From: an uncultured delta proteobacterium
GTDB lineage: Bacteria > Myxococcota_A > Polyangia > Haliangiales > Haliangiaceae
DNA: 64,000 nt
NCBI GenBank assembly: GCA_963848295.1
Contig: CAWKDB010000002.1
Span: 64,001-128,000, forward strand
Reading direction: 5' to 3'
The notes under the pieces were generated by a model. That model made no database searches. It saw nothing but the letters and a program-made list of their open reading frames with translations, and was not told the origin of the DNA. Shown piece after piece: positions 10,208 through 18,936 of the stretch. A program made the translations under genes and the position numbers. Positions within the stretch are counted from its first letter, which is position 1, and the number at the start of each line of letters is the position of its first letter.

Positions 10208-11263
10208 CGAACTCGAGGTCTCGATCTTCGGGCGAGGCGTCGGGGAGTGCATAGTTGTCCAGTCGGTGGCGGTAAGTGGGTCGTGATCGACTCTTGTACG
10301 AAGCCGGAAACGAACGAGCCCGTCGCGCTCGAATATCTGCGGTCGCTCGGGGTCGCCGTCGAGACCGACGTCGTTGCGCTCGTCGTCACGCACTGGCACG
10401 ACGACCACATCGCGGCGCAAGCAAGTTGCTCGAAGCATGTACGGCCGCGGAGTTCTTTTGCTCCGCGGCGTTGAATCGCGCCGAATTTTTTCAGCTCCTC
10501 GAGTCGGCTGGCCAATTGGTTCTTGCGGCTGGTTCCGGTTCGGGTGTCGACGAGATGGGGCGGGTCTTCTCGGTGCTGAGCGAGCGCAAGGCGCGCGGAG
10601 GGAAAGTCACGTCGCCAGAATATGCGCTCGCAAACAGGGTCATCTACCGACGCGCGAAGCTCGGAGAGGTTGCTGAGTGCACCATCGAAGCGCTGAGCCC
10701 GAGCAGCACCTCCCTGACGCGGGGGCTCCTGTCGTTCACGCCGGCAATCGGCTCGCCCAAAAAGACGATTCCGAACCCGGGCCCGAACGAGCTGTCGGTC
10801 GCGTTGCACGTGCAGCTCGGATTCGAACGCGGCTCTCCTCGGCGCCGACCTCGAGGTCGGCTCGTCCGACGATGTCGGCTGGCGTGCGGTCGTGCTGAAC
10901 GGCCGCCTGCCCGCAGGCAAGACCGCAATCGTGAAGGTTCCCCACCATGGCTCAAAAGGCGCAGACCATCCGCCGATGTGGGCGACGCTCGTCGGAAGCG
11001 ACCCGCACATCGGCGTGACGCCCTTCAACTCGTCGAGCCTCCCCCGGCCCGACGACATCGCCCGGCTTCGCACCCGCTCGCCGAACGTTTTCCACGCCTC
11101 CCCCAAGCAAGGGCGAAAGCTGAGGCTCGACAACACGAGCCAGAGAATCCTCGACGGTTTAAAGATTCGCGAGCGAGGGGGCTCGCTCGGCCATATTCGT
11201 TTCCGCGCCCCGGATGGGGGCGCTGCTACGTGCGAGCTCTTGGGCGCAGCCGAAGCGGCCTGA
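10188..11263 (+). CDS. Cargo cassette gene 3, MBL-fold metallo-hydrolase of the ComEC/Rec2-like subgroup (frameshifted)
   Basis: FGRGVGECIVV, VIDSC, THWHDDH (HxHxDH), NELSV, LLGADLE and KVPHHGS motifs. Confidence 0.85.
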
Positions 11264-11465
11264 CCGCCCCGGAAGCCACCTGCCGACGACTGGCGACGAA
11301 TGCCCGAAGGTCGCTCGCGAGCACGCGCACGACGTTGTTACCGCGGCCGAAGCGCACCGCGGGGAGCTCGCCGGCCCGCACGTGGCGGAGCACCGTCTCG
11401 GTGCAGCACGCGAGCGCGGCGGCCACCTCGCGCGGTGTCATGAGCTCGTCGCCGTCCATCGTCAT
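11226..11465 (-). CDS. Excisionase-family (HTH_17-like) DNA-binding protein
   Basis: LMTPREVAAALACCTETVLRHVRAGELPAVRFGRGNNVVRVLASDLRAFV, next to the att end. Confidence 0.88.
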   Translation of the reverse strand: MTMDGDELMTPREVAAALACCTETVLRHVRAGELPAVRFGRGNNVVRVLASDLRAFVASRRQVASGAVRPLRLRPRART

Positions 11466-11543
11466 CGAGCTTGAACCCGCCACCGAGCGCTCGTCCACCA
11501 CGGACGACCATGGGCGACCAGCGCCGCTTTTCGGAGCCCGGCC

Positions 11544-11636
11544 TGTTGCCACGGTGTTGCCACGGCGCGTTGTCGCGAGCTGTCGCGAAGCGTTTCGAGC
11601 TGTCGCGAAGGTCGACGAGGATTCGACGAGATTCGA
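11544..11636. repeat. Arm-type/recombination-accessory direct repeats near att
   Basis: TGTTGCCACGG x2 in tandem (11544-11565). CGAGCTGTCGCGAAG at 11576 and 11596. GATTCGA at 11620 and 11630. Confidence 0.6.
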
Positions 11637-11705
11637 GAGCGGCGGCGCGAGCTTCGACTACATCTCGTGCGTCTTCGACGAGATGGCCGCGCCGCCGTTT
11701 GCTAT

Positions 11706-11726
11706 TTCGAGTCCCGCCCCGCGCAC
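11706..11726 (+). other. att core: duplicated 3' end of a tRNA (probably tRNA-Leu)
   Basis: TTCGAGT-CCCGC-CCCGCGC-A equals T-loop, T-stem 3' strand, acceptor 3' strand and discriminator A. No 5' half of a tRNA upstream. Confidence 0.75.
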
Positions 11727-11791
11727 TCTCGACGTGGCCGCAACGCCGCGTCACTCGCAGTGCTCGACGGTTTGCAAGGCGAGGTCGCGCG

Positions 11792-12415
11792 TCAGAAGAA
11801 GCGCGTGCCGAACGTGAACATGTAGCTGTTTTCGCGGCCGGCGGCTCCGCCGGCTGTCGCGGTGGACAAAGTCTTGCGGGCCGGCTCAATCGCGGGCACC
11901 GCGGCCGCCGAGGTCATCTCGAAGCCGATGTCCAGTCCCATTCCCAGCGGCATCCCGTGGTGGTGGCTGTCGTAGCCCAGTATCGACAACCCGGTGCCGA
12001 CCGAGAAGTCGGCGCGCTGCGAGTCGACCGCGTCCCACCGGATCAGCTGCTCGCCGGTGCCGGCGTCCAAGTACCAGGCCGTCTTCGAGCGCGCGCCGTC
12101 GGTCCCGAGCTCGTCGTCGTTGAGCAGCACGTCGTAACGCGCCCGCCAACCGAACCGGGAGAGCGACACCGATGGGTTCCCCCCGTCGTTCGAGTTGAAG
12201 CCGTCGTGCTCGAGCGTCCCGACCAGCGACAGCGCGTGCCAGCTCGCACCCGCCGCGAGCATGCCACCGGAGAGCATCCCGCCCTGGTCGTGGATGCGCG
12301 CGCCGCCGAGCTGGAACCCGGCCTCGAGGTCGGCGCGCAGCCCGAGCTCATCGGCACGTGCGCGCGCCGTGAGACCCGACATGCACGCCACCACCACGAT
12401 CACGCTGAGTCGCAT
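11792..12415 (-). CDS. Secreted outer-membrane beta-barrel-like protein
   Basis: Signal peptide, alternating beta-strand pattern, C-terminal YMFTFGTRFF. Confidence 0.7.
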   Translation of the reverse strand: MRLSVIVVVACMSGLTARARADELGLRADLEAGFQLGGARIHDQGGMLSGGMLAAGASWHALSLVGTLEHDGFNSNDGGNPSVSLSRFGWRARYDVLLNDDELGTDGARSKTAWYLDAGTGEQLIRWDAVDSQRADFSVGTGLSILGYDSHHHGMPLGMGLDIGFEMTSAAAVPAIEPARKTLSTATAGGAAGRENSYMFTFGTRFF

Positions 12416-12534
12416 CCTCCCGTGGTACGCGGGCGGCTCGCGGATAACCCGTTAAACCGCGATGAAGCGCGCGCCAGCCCCGCGGCTCGGCGCGCACAGC
12501 CGGTGTCAAGCTTTGCCACGGCCGGTCTCGTCCA

Positions 12535-12555
12535 GGTTCGAGTCCCGCCGCGCGC
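12535..12555 (+). other. Second, degenerate tRNA-3'-end/att-like copy
   Basis: GGTTCGAGTCCCGCCGCGCGC matches the 11706 copy at 18 of 19 positions. Confidence 0.5.
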
Positions 12556-12604
12556 GCGGCTCAAGCATCGCGCCGAGAGCGCGTCCGGCTGTAGAGTAAG
12601 GCCC

Positions 12605-13861
12605 GTGAGGTGGCTCGCGCTCGCACTAATGGCCGCAGGCTGCCTGAGCGAGCCTGCACGTCCGCACGGAGACGGCCTGCCGATCGCAGCCGGCAGCGTG
12701 CTGCGCCACGACGTGGTCACCGGTGATCTCGACGGCGACGGCTACGACGATCTGATCGTGCTGGGCAACGAGGGCGCGCCCGGCACGAGCCCGACCGCGT
12801 TCGTGTACTGGGGCGGCGAGTCGCTCGAAAACCCCGACCTGCGTCTGCCACTCGCGATCGACGACCCGAGCTTGACCGCGCCGCCCGTGTGGTACGAGGC
12901 ACTCGCCGCGAGCGTGTACGTGGGCGCCGCCGGTGACGAGCGCGGCCTCGTGATCCTCTCGGGCCAGGACGCCGTCGCGCCTCCCGTGATGGATCCGCAG
13001 CGCGTCACCTACGTCAGCTACTACCGCGCCGGCGACCGCTCGCTCGACGCGCGCGCGTACAGCAGCGCCCATCACGGCGACTTCGGCGGTTACGCGACCG
13101 ATCCGGCGCCGGTGTTCGTCGCGGCGCGCGATCCGGTCGAGACCCCGCCGCTGCGCGAGTACGCGGCCGCTGGCTTGCAGGCGACGTGGGTCTACGACGG
13201 CCCGCTCGGGCCGACCAGCCAGAGCAGCGTCGAGAGCACGTGGCAGGTCACTCCGTTCGACGAGCTGCAAGGGGCGTTCGCGATACCCGCGGCCCCGGGC
13301 TCGAGCTTCGAGCAGCTGTTGCTCGTCACCGACACGTACGCGTTCCGGATCGACAGCGACGGGCCGAGCTACACCTCGAGCGAGCCAGGCGCGATGTACG
13401 CCACAACCACGTTCGGGCAGCGCACCGTTCGCGGCGCCGCGTTTCACGGCGACTTCTACGCGATCGCGTCGAGCGACGTCGGCGGCGAGACGGCGGCCCT
13501 GGCGATCTTCGATGCGCCGGCTGCGGGCTCCGTCGCGGCCTACGCGTTGCTGGACGCGTCACAGCTCCCGCCCACCGACGTGGCGATCGGCGATGCCGAC
13601 GGCAACGGCACGGTCGATGTCGTCACGCTCGAGGGCCAGGCGCTCGCGGTCTACCGCGACCTCGCGCTCGATCCGACGATGTCGACCTACACGCTCGCGT
13701 CGTCGCGCGAGTCACTCGACAACTACGACCTGCTCGCGCTCGGCAACTTCTTCGGCGACGCTCGGCCCGAGATCTACGCGCTCGATTCGACCGATCCGTC
13801 ACAGCCGCCGCGCTGCTTCCACGTGTCGGGCACGACGCTGGTCGACTGCGAGGGCGAATGA
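12605..13861 (+). CDS. FG-GAP/VCBS-repeat lipoprotein
   Basis: Lipobox MAAGC; GDLDGDGYDDL, GDADGNGTVDV and GNFFGDARPEI repeats. Confidence 0.8.
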   Translation: MRWLALALMAAGCLSEPARPHGDGLPIAAGSVLRHDVVTGDLDGDGYDDLIVLGNEGAPGTSPTAFVYWGGESLENPDLRLPLAIDDPSLTAPPVWYEALAASVYVGAAGDERGLVILSGQDAVAPPVMDPQRVTYVSYYRAGDRSLDARAYSSAHHGDFGGYATDPAPVFVAARDPVETPPLREYAAAGLQATWVYDGPLGPTSQSSVESTWQVTPFDELQGAFAIPAAPGSSFEQLLLVTDTYAFRIDSDGPSYTSSEPGAMYATTTFGQRTVRGAAFHGDFYAIASSDVGGETAALAIFDAPAAGSVAAYALLDASQLPPTDVAIGDADGNGTVDVVTLEGQALAVYRDLALDPTMSTYTLASSRESLDNYDLLALGNFFGDARPEIYALDSTDPSQPPRCFHVSGTTLVDCEGE

Positions 13862-14733
13862 GATATGCCGCGTTCGCGCTCGTGCTGGCGTCGAGCGCCG
13901 CGCACGCCGACGATCCCGTCGCGCTCGTCGCGCGCGGCGACGAGCTCGCCAAGCAAGGGGAGTACACGCGTGCGATCGAGCTGTTCAAGCAGGCCGACGC
14001 GCAGCACCCCAGCGCCGCGAACGCGTGCCGCATCGGGCTTGCGTACACCCGGCGCGAGCTATGGCCTCAGGCCGAGCTGTTCCTCGCGCGCTGCCACGCG
14101 CGTGCGACCGCGGCCGATCCGACGCCGGACTGGTTCGACTCGGCGCGCGCGCAGCTCGCGCAGAAGCTCGCCGAGGTCGACGCGGCGCCGATCGACGTGC
14201 GCATCGCGCCTCCAGTCGCCGGCGCGCGCATGCGGATCTCGGGGTTCCCGCCCGACGAGGCGTTCGAGCCACAGGCGATCCACCTCGGACCCGGAACGTA
14301 CACGATCACCGCGACCGCGCCGGGACGCATGCCCGGGCAAGTCGCGGTCACCGTCGCAGCGAAGACCCCACAGATCGTGACGCTCGCGCTCGCCGAGCCG
14401 CCGCCCCCGCCACCGAGCGCGGCCCAGCGCGCGAGCACGTACGTGCTGTACGGAGCAGCCGGCGCGGCGCTCGTCGGCGTCGCGTTTCACGCGCTCGCAT
14501 CGCACGAGCGCGACGAGCTGACCGCCGCACAGGCCGCCGACAACCCGGTCGCGTGGGATCACCATGCCTCGACCTTCGAGCGCGACCGCGACGTCGCGAT
14601 CGCCGGTTACGGCGTTGCCCTTGCGGCGATCATCACCGGCCTCGTGCTTCGCCACCATCGGCACGAGTGGCCGAGCGTCGAGCCGGCGCCGATGCAAGGT
14701 GGTGCCGCCGTGTGGTTGCGCTGGGACCGATGA
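13858..14733 (+). CDS. Secreted TPR plus PEGA-like domain protein
   Basis: Signal peptide, TPR GDELAKQGEYTRAIELFKQA, LGPGTYTITATAPG, C-terminal hydrophobic segments. ATGA coupling to the upstream gene. Confidence 0.8.
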   Translation: MRYAAFALVLASSAAHADDPVALVARGDELAKQGEYTRAIELFKQADAQHPSAANACRIGLAYTRRELWPQAELFLARCHARATAADPTPDWFDSARAQLAQKLAEVDAAPIDVRIAPPVAGARMRISGFPPDEAFEPQAIHLGPGTYTITATAPGRMPGQVAVTVAAKTPQIVTLALAEPPPPPPSAAQRASTYVLYGAAGAALVGVAFHALASHERDELTAAQAADNPVAWDHHASTFERDRDVAIAGYGVALAAIITGLVLRHHRHEWPSVEPAPMQGGAAVWLRWDR

Positions 14734-14760
14734 CGATCGGGCGATCGGGTTATCGGCGCC

Positions 14761-14779
14761 GCAGCCGCAACGCGGTTGC
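14761..14779. terminator. Hairpin between convergent genes
   Basis: GCAGCCGC-AAC-GCGGTTGC stem with one G-U pair; no U tract. Confidence 0.3.
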
Positions 14780-15352
14780 TCACGTCGCGAGACCGTCCCA
14801 TTCCTCGGGTTTGACGAACACAACGCCCCGGGCCCCGCTCCTCACGACGGACGCCTTCACTCGCTCGTCGACGACGATGAGCAGGTCGAATTCGCTGAGC
14901 CTGAACAGGCTCGGCTCGCCCGGCACCGGATCTTTCAGGACCAGCTCGTCGATCGCCGAAACGAGGGTCTCGCTGCTGTCAAAAGGCACGTAGTTGCACC
15001 TCTCGCGATCCATCGCTGCAGTCCGAGCGAGCACGTTGGCCGCAAAGTAGGGTCTGAGAGTGCCGCTCGCCGAGTGCGAAACGACAGCGTCGTAGTAATC
15101 GATCTTGTCGACGCCGGCCTGCTCCAGCGCGCTCCGCAGCAAAGGCGAGACCAGCGGAATGTTCGCTGCGGGCCGCAGGTAATCGCACCACTCGAATGGA
15201 TCGGCGCCGTCGATCGTGAAGCGAAGGACGGGCATGGTGCCGGAGAAGCGCTCGCCATCCACCCAGCTGAGATTGTCCAGCGGCGTCCGCAGCACGACGG
15301 TGGAGTACAGCTCGCGAGCCGAGAACAGCAAGTAGCGTGGGCGGTTGCTCAT
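14780..15352 (-). CDS. Imm11/DUF1629-like immunity protein
   Basis: DYL...IPLVSPLLRSALEQAGV, YFAANVL...MDRERC, IDELVL, LFRL...LIVVDERVK pattern. Confidence 0.75.
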   Translation of the reverse strand: MSNRPRYLLFSARELYSTVVLRTPLDNLSWVDGERFSGTMPVLRFTIDGADPFEWCDYLRPAANIPLVSPLLRSALEQAGVDKIDYYDAVVSHSASGTLRPYFAANVLARTAAMDRERCNYVPFDSSETLVSAIDELVLKDPVPGEPSLFRLSEFDLLIVVDERVKASVVRSGARGVVFVKPEEWDGLAT

Positions 15353-15386
15353 GGTGCGATCCGACTTCGGAAACGTCTCTTGACGA

Positions 15387-16766
15387 CTATGGCTCGTCGC
15401 GCGACCGACTCATGTCGAGCCGCAGTCGGACGACGGTCTCGACCTGTGCGGTCCCCGGCATCAGGTCGAACGGCTCGATCGCATCGGCGGAGTACCCGTG
15501 ACCAGCGAGCGCGGCGAGGTCACGAGCGAGCGACTCGGGCGCACAGCTGACGTAGATCACCGTCGGGGCAGCGAGCTCCGCGACGAGCGCGGCGCCGCCA
15601 TCGCCGAGACCTTTGCGCGGCGGATCGACGACGATGACATCGACCGATCCAGCGAGCTGGGCGCACAGCTCGACCGGCGCTGCTCCGGCATCGGCCGCAA
15701 CCGCGATGATCGGCAGCTGGGCTCGCTCGGCGGCGCGGCGCAGCTGAGCCACCGCTTCGCGATCGATCTCGACCGCGGTGACCCTCGCGCCGCGCGTCGC
15801 GAGGTGTAGCCCGATGCCACCGAGGCCGGCGTAGAGCTCGACGACGTGCGGTGTCGGCGGCGCGGCCTCCAGCGCGAGCTCCGCGACCCGCGCGTACATC
15901 GCCTCGGCTTGCGCGTGATTGACCTGGACGAACTCCGACGCGCCGACCTCGACGGTGACGCCCGCGATGTCGAGCGCGAGGTGGCCCTGGCCGAGCAAGA
16001 CCTGGGCGCTCGACCCCGAAGGCACGATCGCGCCGTCGCGGCGATCGTTGACGATCGCGATCACACCGCGCACCGCCGCGTGACGAGCGAGCGCGTTCGC
16101 GACCCGCTCCAGCTTGGTCCGAGGCACGCCGGACGCGACGACGAGCGTGACCATGACGTCGCTGCCGACCTCGCGCACGATCGCGTAGCGCAGCTCGCCC
16201 GAGCGTGCGCGCTCGTCGTACGCGATCAGCTGCGCGCGTTCGGCGGCGCCGCGGATCCAAGTCGCGACCTCATCGATGATCGGCGCGACGACGCGACAGC
16301 CGAGCGTGTCGACGACGAGATGACTGCGCGGCGCATAGGCTCCGAGCACGAGCTGGCCGCCGCTGGTGCCGACGACGTACTTGCCCTTGTTGCGGTAGCC
16401 GATGATCTGCGGCGAGGGTCGGACCGCGCCGACCACCTCGAGCGGAACGCCGAGCTCGCGCGCGACTCGAGCGCGTTTGATCGCGAGTTGTGCGGGATAG
16501 GCGAGGTGCTGCCACGCGCAACCGCCACAACGTCCGAACGCCGGACACGCGGGTGCGACGCGATCGGGGCTCGCCGGTCCGGTGCGGCGTACGACGCGCG
16601 CCCAGGCCTCGGCGCGATGCGGGCTCGCGTGATCGATCGCGACGTCGGCGGCTTCACCGGGCAACAGATCGACCACGTGGACCTCGACGCCGCCGTCCGC
16701 GGTGCCGACCCCGCAGCCGGCATCGTCGAGCGCGACCGCGACCACGGAAACGCGAGCGGCGGTCAC
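15387..16766 (-). CDS. rlmD: 23S rRNA (uracil-C5)-methyltransferase RlmD
   Basis: CPAFGRCGGCAWQH Fe-S motif, GYRNK, FVQVN, ELYAGLG, VDPPRKG, YVSC, FDLMPGTAQVE. Confidence 0.92.
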   Translation of the reverse strand: MTAARVSVVAVALDDAGCGVGTADGGVEVHVVDLLPGEAADVAIDHASPHRAEAWARVVRRTGPASPDRVAPACPAFGRCGGCAWQHLAYPAQLAIKRARVARELGVPLEVVGAVRPSPQIIGYRNKGKYVVGTSGGQLVLGAYAPRSHLVVDTLGCRVVAPIIDEVATWIRGAAERAQLIAYDERARSGELRYAIVREVGSDVMVTLVVASGVPRTKLERVANALARHAAVRGVIAIVNDRRDGAIVPSGSSAQVLLGQGHLALDIAGVTVEVGASEFVQVNHAQAEAMYARVAELALEAAPPTPHVVELYAGLGGIGLHLATRGARVTAVEIDREAVAQLRRAAERAQLPIIAVAADAGAAPVELCAQLAGSVDVIVVDPPRKGLGDGGAALVAELAAPTVIYVSCAPESLARDLAALAGHGYSADAIEPFDLMPGTAQVETVVRLRLDMSRSRDEP

Positions 16767-16818
16767 CGCGTCGAGTCTAGCAGCCGGGCAGCCCACCGAT
16801 CTGCTAGCCTGCCCGGCG

Positions 16819-17904
<1,086 letters not shown>

Positions 17905-17905
17905 A

Positions 17906-18867
17906 TCAGTGACCCATCATCCCCATGCCGCCCATCTGCGACATGAGGCTCTTGATCTGCGCCTCGCTCATCTTGACCTTGCCGTGGAGGTGATCGCCGT
18001 CGCGGGTCACGTCGATGCCTTCGAGCACGCCCTTGATGTCCGGCGGCAAGCTGTCCGCCATCTTCTTGGCCTGGGCGAGGCCATCGACGACCTTCGACGC
18101 CATCTCCGGGTCCTTGACCTGGACGGTGACATCCATCGCGAGGCCGCCGTCGATGTCGATCGAGCCCCACATGTCGCCGACCTTATCGGCGATCGGGGTG
18201 TTGTTCGCCGAGCCGGCGAACCATAGCGTCTTCGAGCGATCGACCTTCGCGATCATGTCCTGAAGCTTCTTGTCGTCGGCGGCGTTCGACTTCGCGAACC
18301 CGCGGCGTCGGCCTCGAGCTCGGCGCGGCCGACCTTCGAGAACTCCGGCGCGGCCGAGATCGTGAAGCCCTGGCGCGTGTAGAGCGCTCCGTTCGCGAGC
18401 TTGAGGTAGCCCTGGGTGACGGTCCCCATCGCGTTCGGGATGTCGATCCCGATGAACTTGTTGTCGGGATCGACGGTCGCCTTGAAGCTCGCCTTCGCGG
18501 CGCAATCGGCGACCTGCTTGATCTCCAGGCCCTTCATGACGATCGCGAGCTCGACCTCGGCGTGAATCTTGAACGTGCCGGCGATCTCCACGCCCTTGAG
18601 GCCGACGAAGCACTCCGACCACGCCTTGATGCCGGGCGAAATGCTGTCGGCCATCTGCATCGCGGCGGCGCCGAAGCTCGACGACATGAAGTTCTGCAGC
18701 TTCATGTAGTTTCCGCCGAACGCGCCGTCGCCGGGCGGCAGCGACTTGAACAGCTCGACATCGGCTGCGGCCATCGGTCCCGAGCTCGAGCTCGAGGACT
18801 TTTCACAGCCGGCAAGAGGGGCTGCAACTGCGAGGAGGGCGACGCAGAACACGGAGCGAAGGTTCAT
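17906..18867 (-). CDS. Hypothetical lipoprotein (single frameshift near 18300)
   Basis: Lipobox LAGC; ORFs 18253-18867 and 17906-18622 join at EADAAG/FAKSNAADD. Confidence 0.75.
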
Positions 18868-18936
18868 GGGGGCCTGGTGCTAACTCGGGGAACGCCGAGG
18901 CGCAAGAACCATGACGCGCCATCGGGCGCGACCGTC

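Larger units (their letters stand above)
1..11726. mobile_element. Integrated phage-satellite-like element or compact prophage remnant; left end lies outside the window
   Basis: Integrase, primase, DnaB-like helicase, terminase and excisionase-like genes are clustered. The right boundary is marked by a tRNA-3'-end copy at 11706-11726. Nearly every gene inside is frameshifted. Confidence 0.85.

Noticed and set aside
11544..11636. CRISPR-like mini-array
   Set aside because: Repeats are 7-15 bp with no unique spacers of CRISPR length, and no cas genes are present in the window.
12467..12556. Possible full tRNA (GCGCGCG...CGCGCGC acceptor-like pairing, 90 nt, TTCGAGT loop)
   Set aside because: The T-stem 5' strand (CCAGG) does not pair with CCCGC and there is no D-arm consensus. 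Kept only as an att-like fragment.
11471..12604. N-terminal 378 aa of the 796-aa ORF 11471-13861
   Set aside because: It overlaps the att region and an opposite-strand gene; the likely start is the lipoprotein signal at 12605.
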